Below are positions 1-9,800 of a stretch of DNA of 64,000 nucleotides, one piece after another. The stretch covers positions 1,424,653 to 1,488,652 of the forward strand of contig OX638355.1 in assembly GCA_951813285.1 (NCBI GenBank), read 5' to 3'. Positions within the stretch are counted from its first letter, which is position 1, and every line of letters begins with the position of its first letter. The notes beneath the pieces are model-generated. The model did not search any database, was not told the DNA's origin, and saw only the letters and a list, made by a program, of their open reading frames with translations. Position numbers and translations under genes: made by a program. This DNA comes from Terriglobia bacterium. GTDB taxonomy: Bacteria > Acidobacteriota > Terriglobia > Versatilivoradales > Versatilivoraceae.

Positions 1-945
1 GATCATGAACTTGCCGGCCAGGGCGGCGTGCCAGCTGGTTCCGCAACCGATCAGGCGAATCTGCTCCACCCGCCTGAAATCCTCCTCGGTCAATTTCATT
101 TCGTCGAGGATGATCTTGCCGGTGTCTCGCGAGATACGCCCCAGGGTGGCATCTCGAACGGCTTGGGGCTGTTCGTGAATTTCCTTCAGCATGAAATGCT
201 TGAATCCACCCTTTTCGGTCATGACGGGGTCCCAGGTGATGCGCTGCACCCTGGGTTTCACCGATCGGCCCCGAGAATCACTGACCTTGAGTTCAGCAGG
301 GCTGATGGCGGCCAGATCGCCGTCGCCCAGAAAGGCGATGTCCCGCGTATGCCTCAGGATTGCCGGGATGTCCGAGGCTACAAAGGACTCCCCATCGCCG
401 ACGCCGACGACGACCGGCGGACCCTGGCGGGCGGCGACCAGCGTACCGGGATCGTGCAGGGACAGCACCACCAGAGCGTAGAGGCCGGTCATTTCCCCGA
501 CGGTCTTGCGGACCGCTTCCTCCAGGCAGCCCCCATAGTGTTTTTCGACCAGGTGGGCGATGACCTCGGTGTCTGTCTCGGTGACGAATCGATGTCCCTC
601 GGCGGCCAGGGTTTTCTTGAGGGGCAGGTAGTTCTCGATGATCCCGTTGTGGACCACCACGAACTCCCGCCGGCAGTCGCGATGGGGGTGGGCGTTTTCT
701 TCGGTCGGCCTGCCGTGGGTTGCCCAGCGGGTGTGTCCGATGCCGACCGTACCCTCGCAGGGGTTGTCCCTGACCGCCTCCTCAAGCTTTCCTACCTTGC
801 CCGAAGCCCTGCGAATATGCAGGTGACGGTCCCCGATGACCGCAATCCCGGCTGAATCGTACCCTCGATACTCAAGGCGTTTCAGCCCGTCCAGCAATAC
901 GGGAACGGCCGGCATGCTTCCGACATAGCCGATGATTCCGCACAT
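1..945 (-). CDS. glmS: glutamine--fructose-6-phosphate aminotransferase (isomerizing), N-terminal ~315 codons; gene continues past the left window edge
   Basis: Reverse-strand translation from ATG (cat at 943-945) reads MCGIIGYVGSMPAVPVLLDGLKRLEYRGYDSAGIAV...GIGHTRWATHGRPTEENAHPH and ends at position 1 with LIGCGTSWHAALAGKFMI (SIS domain). Cys2 class-II amidotransferase start. Absent from the ORF track because there is no stop in the window; track ORF 28..855 (+) is its antisense shadow. Confidence 0.9.
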   Translation of the reverse strand, partial: MCGIIGYVGSMPAVPVLLDGLKRLEYRGYDSAGIAVIGDRHLHIRRASGKVGKLEEAVRDNPCEGTVGIGHTRWATHGRPTEENAHPHRDCRREFVVVHNGIIENYLPLKKTLAAEGHRFVTETDTEVIAHLVEKHYGGCLEEAVRKTVGEMTGLYALVVLSLHDPGTLVAARQGPPVVVGVGDGESFVASDIPAILRHTRDIAFLGDGDLAAISPAELKVSDSRGRSVKPRVQRITWDPVMTEKGGFKHFMLKEIHEQPQAVRDATLGRISRDTGKIILDEMKLTEEDFRRVEQIRLIGCGTSWHAALAGKFMI

Positions 946-957
946 GGCGCGCTTCCC

Positions 958-1737
958 TCAAGGATCGATTGCGGCGGGTCCTGGATTCAGCTGATTTGTT
1001 GAGCGGCGTTCCCTCAGGAGCCTCTCCATGCGAGCCAGATCGATCCGGCTGTTGACTCCCATGACCTCCAGCCAATCCTCGCAGACCACGGCCTCCACCG
1101 GTTTCCCCCGGCGGTTCAAGAGGCCCACGCAATCGGTTAGGTAGTACTCGTTCTGGCGATTGTCGGGGGTCAGCCGCTCGATGACTTCAAGCAAGTCGAT
1201 AATTCGGAAGCAATAAAGCCCGGTGTTGACTTCCTTGACCTGCAGCTCGCCAGGGCCGGCCTCCTTCTGTTCCACGATACTCCGAACTCTCCCGTCCTCC
1301 GCCCGAATCACCCGGCCGTATCCGGTGGGATCGGCCAGCCTGGTCGAGAGCAGGGTGAGACTGGCGCTTGTGCGATTGTGCGCCTCTATCATTTTCCGCA
1401 GCGTCCCGGCAGAAATCAATGGCACGTCGCCCGATAGGATCAGGAGGTTGCCGGACTTGCCGGACCACCAGTCCCTGGCAACTTGAACGGCATGGCCGGT
1501 CCCCAGTTGCGGAACCTGCTCGGCGAACTCAATGGCGCGGCGCCTGAGCCGTGACTTGACCAGCTCCGCCTGGTGCCCCACGACCACCAGAGTTCGTGCG
1601 GGGTTCAAGGTCTCGACGGTCTGCAGGACGTGTTCGATCAGCGGCCGTCCCGCCAGCGGATGCAACACTTTCGGCAGGGAGGATTCGAGGCGGGTGCCCT
1701 TCCCGGCCGCCATGATCAGGACGTGGGTGGGACTCAT
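958..1737 (-). CDS. NTP-transferase, GlmU N-terminal (UDP-GlcNAc pyrophosphorylase)-like, 259 aa, no hexapeptide acetyltransferase domain
   Basis: Internal ATG (cat 1735-1737) of track ORF 958..2256. MSPTHVLIMAAGKGTRLESSLPKVLHPLAGRPLIEHV matches the GlmU/NTP_transferase signature. The upstream part of the track ORF is Arg/Pro-rich junk overlapping the TPR gene. Stop lies 12 nt upstream of the glmS ATG. Confidence 0.75.
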   Translation of the reverse strand: MSPTHVLIMAAGKGTRLESSLPKVLHPLAGRPLIEHVLQTVETLNPARTLVVVGHQAELVKSRLRRRAIEFAEQVPQLGTGHAVQVARDWWSGKSGNLLILSGDVPLISAGTLRKMIEAHNRTSASLTLLSTRLADPTGYGRVIRAEDGRVRSIVEQKEAGPGELQVKEVNTGLYCFRIIDLLEVIERLTPDNRQNEYYLTDCVGLLNRRGKPVEAVVCEDWLEVMGVNSRIDLARMERLLRERRSTNQLNPGPAAIDP

Positions 1738-1907
1738 GGCTGAATGACCGGAGTCGGGGGAGCCGGACCGGAATCGCTGCTCTGAACAAAATGCTTGAGC
1801 CCTGAAAGCAGGCGGGAGAGACCGGTTCCTCCTCCAATGGAAACGATTCTCATGGCTGGGGAGGATTGACTGTTCAAGGAGTTCGCAAAGCAGGGGGTGC
1901 GAGCAGC

Positions 1908-2657
1908 CTATGAAGTTGCCGCGGCGGGTTCCTCCGGGAAGACCAGCGAGACAAACCGGGAGTCCCTCAGGAGCGGCTCGAAATCGGCATCTCGTTGGGC
2001 CAGGAAGCGGTTCTCCGTCTTCAGGTCGATGGCGCGCTTGAGGTGCTTCAGCGCACGATCCCTGTTTCCCAGCCGACAGTCGCATACGGCGAGGGCGTAG
2101 ATCACGTAGTCGCACCCGGGGTTTCGCTTCAGCGCCCGGTTGAGGTGCCTGATGGACTCCTGGTACCTGCCGTCGTTTATCAGGGTAACGGCGAAGTCGT
2201 AAAGTTCTTCCGCGGTCTTGAGGGCGGGACGGCTGCGAGCCATCTTGTTTTCGCACAGTCTGATGTGGGTCAGCGCTCGTTCGCAGATCTCCTTGTCGTG
2301 ACCGTCGGTCTTGATTACTTTTTCGAAAGCTGCTATTGCCTGCTCGAATTGTTGTCGATAGAGCAGACGAACTGCCGCTTCGTACCGTTTGATCAGCGTT
2401 TGCCGGCCCGGGTGAATCGATCGAGCTCGCGGCTGGGCTTTCTTGAGCCTGGAACGGCGTGCGGATTGGGGTTTGCCGGCCTTGGCGGAAACGGCCGGTT
2501 TGGAGGTGGCGCCCCTGCCGGAACCGGCGGCCTTTGAACCAGGAGTCGGCTTGAGCCCGGGCGACGGCGTTTTCGAAGAAGTCCTCACCTTGGCTTTTGG
2601 CTGAGTTCTGGGCATGTCTCCCTTGGTTGGCAGGTCAGCGGCGGCTGCCTGTCGCAA
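1908..2657 (-). CDS. TPR-repeat protein with Lys/Pro/Ser/Ala-rich basic N-terminal tail
   Basis: C-terminal 150 aa show TPR-like helices (YEAAVRLLYRQQFEQAIAAFEKVI, YDFAVTLINDGRYQESIRHLNRALKRNP, YALAVCDCRLGNRDRALKHLKRAIDL). An alternative start MPRTQPK lies at 2615. Confidence 0.65.
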   Translation of the reverse strand: MRQAAAADLPTKGDMPRTQPKAKVRTSSKTPSPGLKPTPGSKAAGSGRGATSKPAVSAKAGKPQSARRSRLKKAQPRARSIHPGRQTLIKRYEAAVRLLYRQQFEQAIAAFEKVIKTDGHDKEICERALTHIRLCENKMARSRPALKTAEELYDFAVTLINDGRYQESIRHLNRALKRNPGCDYVIYALAVCDCRLGNRDRALKHLKRAIDLKTENRFLAQRDADFEPLLRDSRFVSLVFPEEPAAATS

Positions 2658-3055
2658 CTGGAAAGCCGCTTCCCTGGAAGTATTTTCTCGCAGCCGGCAG
2701 CCTCACCTCTCTATCCCGGATTCGGGGCCGCAAGCGTGTCGCCGTTCCTGCCGGGGTCCAGGGGCTCGAATTCGGCACCTGCGGCAGGATGAGCGATACC
2801 AGGCAAGCAGCAATGAGGGTGGGCTGACATAAGCTTGAAGTGGCCAATACTCATATCAGAAAGCATCCCGGCCCGTCAACCGAGCCCCCGGGTGACGCCT
2901 TTCGGCCAGGCAATCGGTCTGATACACTGGGAAGAAGCATGCTGACCGGGGGTTCGGGGGCAGCTCAAGCGGTCTCATTGCTCCCCCGGGTATTCCGGCG
3001 TTTGTTTCGGGCAGCTTCAACCGGGTCTTGATGCAGCACTTCAGGAGGTCAGGCG

Positions 3056-4525
3056 TTGCAAGGTTACTCTCGCTGGTGGTCCCGAAGCCCGATCGCCCGG
3101 CGGATCGGGTCCGATCGCAGTGGGCTTGCGTCCGTCAGCAGGTTTCTCTGGCTGGGGGCGGGAGTGGCGAGCGGACTCCTGCTGGGCGCCGCGCCGAATT
3201 CCGTTTCGGGAGGGGCCCGGGATCTTGACGCCGGAGGGAAGGCAATCGTTCAGCGCTTCGAATTGCTCAACGGCTTGCGAATCCTGCTCTTGCAACGCCA
3301 GGGCAGAGGCCCTTTGGTTGTCAATCTTCTGATCAGGTCGGGATCGATCCTTGACCCGGTCGACAAAGCCGGATTGGCGGGTGTTTCGGCCCGCCGGTTG
3401 CTGGTTCAATCTCCTGATGACACCAAGGAGCTGCAGGTTCTGGGCATCGAGCTGCATGTGGATGTCCAGCCCGATGCCACCATTCTTCGGGCCAGTATGC
3501 CTCCCCGCCGCTTGCGCACCTTCCTTGACCTGCTGGGAGCCGCCCTGGCTCCGCCACTGTTTAGGGACGAGGTCGAGCAGGGCGCCGCGGCGTTGACGGA
3601 CGATCCTCCCGGAAGGATCCCGGATGGTCTGGCCCACGGTCGTTTCAGACAAGCGATCTTTGGGGATCATCCCTATGGGAGCGGTCCGGGAGGGACGGAA
3701 AACGCGGAGGCCATCCTGTACCGCGACATGAACGACTTCCGACGTCGCCACTACATCCCCAATGATGCCTCGCTGATTGTGGTAGGCGCCGTCCCTGCGG
3801 GGGAACTGCTGGATGCGGCCCGAGAAAAGCTGGGGCCTTGGACCAAGGGGAATCCTCAGGAGCCCGGCTATCCCGAATTCCCCAGGTTGGATCACCTGTC
3901 GATTCAGCTTGTGGATGAAGAAGAGGGCGGCACGGGAGCGGGAATCGTCTTCGGCCACAGGGCTCCCCGTCGATTGAGCACTGATTTCTACAGCCTCGAG
4001 GTGCTGAACCTGCTCTTGGGAGGACTCGGTACGGGATCGCGGCTCAGCCGAGTGTTTCTCTTACACCGGATCAACTATCGATTCCTTGACAGTCGGATTC
4101 GGTTTTTTCGTATCGGCGGCATGCTGCAGGTGTTGGCCAGGGTTCCCAAGCAGGCCGCCGCTGGCGCGCTGATGGCCATTTTGGAAACCGTCGAAAGTTT
4201 CAAGCAGTCGCCGGTTTCAGAGGCGGAGCTGGAATCGGCCAAGACGCAACTCATCGCCCGTCATGGTGAAAGGATGCGATCTCCGGATGCCATTGCCGAT
4301 GAGTTGACGCAGATGGAGCTCTTTTCTCTTTCCAAGGATTTCCTGGAACGGTTCGGCGACCATGTCCGGAGATTGACCGCCGAAGACATACAGGGGGCCG
4401 CCAAGGCACACCTCAGCACCACCAGGGCGGTTGCGGTAGTGACGGGGGCGGATGCGGAGTTCCGTTCCCGGTGGGACCGGTTCGGCACCGCTGAAGTGGT
4501 TGCCCTTCCGAAACGGTCCGAGTGA
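3056..4525 (+). CDS. M16 (pitrilysin/insulinase) family peptidase-like protein, apparently non-catalytic
   Basis: FGDHPYGSGPGGTENAEAILYRDMNDFRRRHYIPNDASLIVVGAV is typical of the M16 middle region. The position of the HxxEH zinc motif reads GLAGVSARRLL. TTG start is uncertain; a signal-peptide-like FLWLGAGVASGLLLGAAP is present. Confidence 0.7.
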   Translation: MQGYSRWWSRSPIARRIGSDRSGLASVSRFLWLGAGVASGLLLGAAPNSVSGGARDLDAGGKAIVQRFELLNGLRILLLQRQGRGPLVVNLLIRSGSILDPVDKAGLAGVSARRLLVQSPDDTKELQVLGIELHVDVQPDATILRASMPPRRLRTFLDLLGAALAPPLFRDEVEQGAAALTDDPPGRIPDGLAHGRFRQAIFGDHPYGSGPGGTENAEAILYRDMNDFRRRHYIPNDASLIVVGAVPAGELLDAAREKLGPWTKGNPQEPGYPEFPRLDHLSIQLVDEEEGGTGAGIVFGHRAPRRLSTDFYSLEVLNLLLGGLGTGSRLSRVFLLHRINYRFLDSRIRFFRIGGMLQVLARVPKQAAAGALMAILETVESFKQSPVSEAELESAKTQLIARHGERMRSPDAIADELTQMELFSLSKDFLERFGDHVRRLTAEDIQGAAKAHLSTTRAVAVVTGADAEFRSRWDRFGTAEVVALPKRSE

Positions 4526-4680
4526 CAATAAGAGGACCGGTCCGCGGAGGGTTCCGCGGAAAGCGGACCAGTGGCGAGTCCGGCCGGCTGATACAAACCT
4601 CTGGCATAGGCGGCATACTTTAGTGGGTCGGTTTCTCCTGCTGCCGTGCCCCGGGCGCTTCCGGTCCAGGTTTCGGGTTC

Positions 4681-5280
4681 ATGTTGACAGACAAACAGCT
4701 CCATACCAGGACCGACGAAGAACTGATGGAAGAGCTCAAGCGGGGTCGCCAGGAAGCTCTGGGGCTTCTGTTTGACCGATACTACCGCCTGGTCTTCAGC
4801 GTGGCGCTCAAGATTCTTCGTGATCGGGGCGAAGCGGAAGATCTGATGCAGGAGGTATTCATTGAGATTTACCGGCGGATTGAAGTCTTCAATCCGGAAA
4901 AGGGAAGCGCCAAGACCTGGATACTGCAGTATGCCTATCACCGAAGTCTGAACCGGCAGAAGTACCTGTCCTTGCGTAACTTCTACGACCCGACGGAAGA
5001 AACGGACCTGGAAAACCACGAATTCGCCCACTCCATGAAGGGGTGGAACGGCCTCACCTATCAGGATTGGGGTCAGATGATTGAAAAGGGACTACAGACT
5101 TTGACGGCAAGGGAGCGTCGCACGCTGGACCTGGCCTATTTTCAGGGGCTGCTCCTGAAAGAGATCGCCGTGCAAATGGAAGAACCCTTGTCCAACATAC
5201 GGAACCACTACTACCGGGGTCTCAAGAAGTTGCGGACCTTCCTGCAGGCCCACGGCTGCATGAACCGGACCACGGGTTGA
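4681..5280 (+). CDS. ECF-type RNA polymerase sigma-70 family factor
   Basis: Region 2 (ALGLLFDRYYRLVFSVALKILRDRGEAEDLMQEVFIEIY) and region 4 (LTARERRTLDLAYFQGLLLKEIAVQMEEPLSNIRNHYYRGLKKLR) motifs. Confidence 0.9.
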   Translation: MLTDKQLHTRTDEELMEELKRGRQEALGLLFDRYYRLVFSVALKILRDRGEAEDLMQEVFIEIYRRIEVFNPEKGSAKTWILQYAYHRSLNRQKYLSLRNFYDPTEETDLENHEFAHSMKGWNGLTYQDWGQMIEKGLQTLTARERRTLDLAYFQGLLLKEIAVQMEEPLSNIRNHYYRGLKKLRTFLQAHGCMNRTTG

Positions 5281-5298
5281 TGCTCAGAGGATGTCACC

Positions 5299-6636
5299 AT
5301 GTCCAAGCCTGATGAATTGAACCATGAACGATTCGAGGAGTTGTGCGCCCTGGCGGCACTTGGCCAGATCTCTGCAGCGGAGTACGTCGAACTGCGCTCC
5401 CATCTGATTGCCTGTGAGGACTGTCGCAGGAGTCGCCAAGACTACCTGGAGATCCTGCACGAGCACCTGCCACTGGTTGCCGAAGGAGAGCCGGCCGGCT
5501 CCTCCTCCAAGGTTGCTCTGCATGAATCCAGCTACAGGCAGCGTTTTCTGCAGCGCAGCGAGGAGCGGATCAGTTCCCCCACCACACCCACCGGAACCGG
5601 TTTCCCAACCCATGCAGGGGCTGGGGTGGGGCGATGGTACACGTCCACAGGCATGGGCCGATTCGCCCTGCCGTTGGCGGCCGGTCTGCTGGTGGCGGCG
5701 CTGGGGTTAAGCGGGTTCCAGTGGTACCGGGGTGGAGAGCGCCTTTCCAGCGCCACGGCCAGGGTGAGCCAGCTACGTGAGGAGATCAGCCGGCTCAGTC
5801 TTCAAATTTCCGAGCAATCCCTGGCTGGTTTGTCGCCGGTTTCCGCCACTTCCGAAGTTCCTGAGCCTTCAGGGGAAGAAGTGGATCGCCTGGCTCGGGA
5901 ATTGGCTCAGGCCCAAAGCGAGCGGCGCCGGGCTCTGGCCGAATTGCAGAGTCAAAGCCGGCAACTGGTGGAGAACCAAGCGGATTCCGATGCCTTGAAT
6001 CGAGTGTTGGAGGAAGCCAGATATGCGGAAGTGCGGTTGTCGGAGAAATTGGCAAGGGTGGAAAGGGCTCTTCAGACCCGCACCAGCGAGTTGGAGGCTT
6101 TGCGGAAAGAGGGGGGCACCCAGGAGTTGACCCTGGCGCTTCAGCAAAAGCAGATCGGGGAGTTGGTCCGGAGAGTGAGCGAGCAGGCAGAGACCATCCA
6201 GCGGGATCAGGAGTTGCTGGCGGCGGACCGGGATATTCGGGACTTGTTGACGGACCGCAACCTGCGTGTGCTGTACGTCGAGGACAATGATCCGGAAGGA
6301 GAGCGAATCGTAGATGCGCACGTGTTTTATGCCCAGGGCAGGCGCCTGATCGTCTATGCCCACGAGACCCCCAAGGGGGGGAAATCTCTGGACAACTTCG
6401 CGCTGCAAGCCTGGGGGGGGCGCAGTTCCTCGCTGACGGGTTCACCCAAGAGCCTGGGCATCTTCTATGCGGACGCCAGGAACGATGAGGGCTGGATCCT
6501 CAAGTTCGACGATGCCGAGGTGCTTTCCCAAATCGATTCCGTCTTTATTACGCTGGAGCCCAAGGAAGGCAGCCAGAAGCCGGGAAGCGAACCGCTCCTG
6601 TATTCCTACCTGAACCCCGATGACGATCACCCTTGA
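5299..6636 (+). CDS. anti-sigma factor (zf-HC2-like N-terminus, one TM segment, long coiled coil, RskA-like C-terminal domain)
   Basis: Starts 19 nt after the sigma gene. H-x3-C-x2-C motif (HLIACEDCRR). TM segment FALPLAAGLLVAALGLSGF. Heptad-rich Glu/Leu/Arg segment. C-terminal LQAWGG...FITLEPKEG resembles anti-sigma-K RskA. Confidence 0.75.
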   Translation: MSKPDELNHERFEELCALAALGQISAAEYVELRSHLIACEDCRRSRQDYLEILHEHLPLVAEGEPAGSSSKVALHESSYRQRFLQRSEERISSPTTPTGTGFPTHAGAGVGRWYTSTGMGRFALPLAAGLLVAALGLSGFQWYRGGERLSSATARVSQLREEISRLSLQISEQSLAGLSPVSATSEVPEPSGEEVDRLARELAQAQSERRRALAELQSQSRQLVENQADSDALNRVLEEARYAEVRLSEKLARVERALQTRTSELEALRKEGGTQELTLALQQKQIGELVRRVSEQAETIQRDQELLAADRDIRDLLTDRNLRVLYVEDNDPEGERIVDAHVFYAQGRRLIVYAHETPKGGKSLDNFALQAWGGRSSSLTGSPKSLGIFYADARNDEGWILKFDDAEVLSQIDSVFITLEPKEGSQKPGSEPLLYSYLNPDDDHP

Positions 6637-6810
6637 TTCGGTCACCTTCCCCATACGCGGATCCGAACCCCAGGATCCGCCCTGCCCGGTACCGGTCGTT
6701 CCGTTCATCCACATCGCCTGATCCCAGTGACGCAGTTGGAAACCGAGAGTGGCATACTCGGGTGTGAGCCGGCCTGCATCCTTGCTCCACACGGGAGGTG
6801 GATCCACACC

Positions 6811-9800
6811 GTGCGTTTGATTCTAGTCCCAACCTTGTGGGTGGCATTGGCCAGTGTGCTGCTGGCAAACCCCACGGCGACGCTCAGCGGCCGGGTTACC
6901 AACAGACAGGGGCAGGTTCTGTCAGAGGTCCAGGTGACCGCCACCCAAATCGAAACCAACCAGAGGTTTCGGACCAGGACCAACCGGTTGGGGCTCTATC
7001 GGCTCCCCAACCTGCCGCCGGGACAATACCGGGTGATTATCCGCCTGCTGGGTTACCGCACAATCGTGAAGCCGGACCTGGAGCTCCACGTCCAGGATGC
7101 CGTGGTCCTGAACTTCTCCATGCAGGTGGGCTCGGTCATCGCCAGCGTCACCGAACTGGGGGGCATCCCGCTCATCCGCACCGAGTCCGCAACATTGGGC
7201 ACCACCATCAGGCCCCAGGTCATGACGGAGCTGCCCTCGTTGACCCGCAATCCCTACGATTTTGTCGGGGTCAGTTCCGGGGCCACACCGGCCAGCGTGA
7301 GGCGGGGCATCGGCTTTGCCTTGAACGGCCAGCGGGCCGAGAGCGGAGGCTTCCTGCTGGACGGCAGCGCCAACAACGAACCCTACAACTCCGGCCCCGG
7401 CCAGATCGTTCCCCTGGACGCCGTGCAGGAGTACCGGCTGCTCACAAACAACTTCACCGCGGAGTACGGCCGCAATGCGGGGTTTATCGCCAACGTCATT
7501 ACCAAGAGCGGTGTGAACGAGTTTCACGGGAATGCCTACTATTTCCGTCGCAACTCCGGACTGGCGGCCAACACCTTCGAGAACAACTCCAGGGGCCTGC
7601 CCCGGCCGGTCTTCAACCGGCAGCAGCTCGGGGGCACGCTGGGTGGGCCCGTTTACCGGGACAAGGTCTTTTTCTTTGCGGCCGTTGAACCCATCGTGGT
7701 GCGGAGCTCGGCTGCTCTCAGCTACTATGTCCCGACCCCGGAACTGCTCTCGGTAAGCTCACCCGGGACCAATGCCATCTTCGACCGCTTTCCCTTACCC
7801 TCCAACCTCTCTGAAACGGACATCAGCACCCGCACCGTCTGTCCCTTTGGAAGAGCCTGCGGCTCCAAGATCGGGGCCGGCTTTGTCACCCTTCCGGCAT
7901 TGGCCTCCACGTCGCGCACCGGGCCGGTGGATGCCGGAGCCGGGCCGCCCCAGGACACCTACCTCTGGACGGCGCGAATTGACACCAGCATAGGGCCCCG
8001 CACGGTGCTGAACACGCGTTATGCCTTTCAGGATCATGCCCGGCTGGCAACCGTGGATCAGCCCTATTCCTCCCTGCTGGACCGGTCTTTTCATTTGAGG
8101 AATCAAACCATGACGGTCAACCTGACGCGATTCTGGACGGGCAATTTCCTGACCGAATCCCGCCTGGTCTTCAACCGTCTCTTTCAGCAGAGAGCGATCC
8201 GGCTTTCCGAGGGTTTCCCCTCATTTGTCATTACCGGTGATGAAATCAGCGGCGCCGTCGGATCACTGGCATTGCCGTCCGGCCGCAACGGGGACGGAGG
8301 CGCCCAGAACGAGTACCAGTTTCAACAGATGGCGAACTGGGTGAGAGGCCGGCACAACCTCAAGTTCGGCGCCAGCCTGGTCCATCTCCGGGACAACCAG
8401 ACCCCGGCCGAGTCCACGCTGACTCGCCACAATCACGTGGAGTTCAGAGACCTGCAGCGCTTCGTGGATGGCCGCCTATCCTCCTTCCAAATTCACCTGG
8501 ATCCGAGAGGCAAGGTTCCCGGCGAGCTGTTGCCCCCCCCTTTCGGGTCCTTCAACCCCCGGCGCCATTATCGGTTCAACGACTGGGCCTGTTTTCTGCA
8601 GGACTCCTGGAAGGTAAGCCCCAGGCTGACCCTGTCGCCGGGTGTTCGCTATGAGTATTTCGGTTCCGGCCATCGCATCGGCCAGGAAAAGCGTCTGGAA
8701 GCCAGCTTCTATCGAGGGGAAGGAACCACCTCCCTGGAACAGATGGCCAACGGGCGTTTGCTCCGTACCGCGGACGCTCCCGGCCACTACCGCAACCACT
8801 TCTTTCCACCCAGCAAGACCAACATCTCCCCCAGAATGGGTCTTGCCTACGATTTGACCGGCAGAGGCCGACTCGTGTTTCGGGCCGGGATTGGGCGCTT
8901 TTACGAGCGACTGCCCGGTTTTGTCTACGAGAACGTGAATCCTCCCGCCTTCAGCGTCGTGCGTATCTCCGGAGTCCCATTGGCTCCGGCCCTGTTTGAA
9001 GATCCCTATTCCCTTTTTCCCTCGCGTCCCTTGTCGTTGCCTCCCAGTGCGATCAGTCACCTGGACCAGGATCTGACCACCGCCTCCACCTGGGCCTGGA
9101 ACGCCACCCTGCAACAGGACTGGGACAACAAGCTGTTGCTGGCTGCTTCCTATGTGGGCTCAAATGGCCAGGATCTTTACCGGCCGGTCAACGCCAACCG
9201 ACTGGGCAGCGGCCGGTTTCTGGGGCGCCCGGGGGAAAGGCTGGTCAACCACGTCGCTGCATTGATCACCGTGGGGAATCAGGCCCGGTCTTCCTATCAC
9301 GGGATGCAGCTCAGAATCGACAGTCTTCGCCTGCGCAGATTCGGGTTGCAGTACGGTTTGAACTACACCTGGAGCCACTCCCTCGACAACGTGAGCTCAC
9401 TGGCGGGTGACGATAGCTTGACCGGCGGCGCCGGGCTGCCGCTTGACGCCTTTGACCCCGATCTGGACAAGGGTCCCTCCGATCACGACGTTCGCCACCG
9501 GATGGTCGGCCACTTCGTCTGGCAGATTCCCGGTGCGGCTCGTACCAGAGGATTGACGCGCCTGTTCCTGGCAGGCTGGCAGTTCAGCGGGATCGTTTCC
9601 TTTCAAAGCGGCCAGCCCTTCAGTCTTTGGGATGGACGGGTCTTCGATCGGGAGTTGTCCGACAACACCCGGCCGCGGCTCACGGGACAGGCGCCGGCAT
9701 TGCTTGGTACCGGGGAGCGCCAGGTCGACGTCCGAACGCCGAATGCCTTTCTCATTCTGCCGATCAACAGAGTCCGCAACTCCAATGGGAGCTGTATTGC

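Noticed and set aside
28-855. 275-aa plus-strand ORF at the left edge
   Set aside because: It is the antisense shadow of glmS. Its Arg/Gly/Asp/Pro-rich low-information sequence contrasts with the textbook GlmS motifs on the opposite strand.
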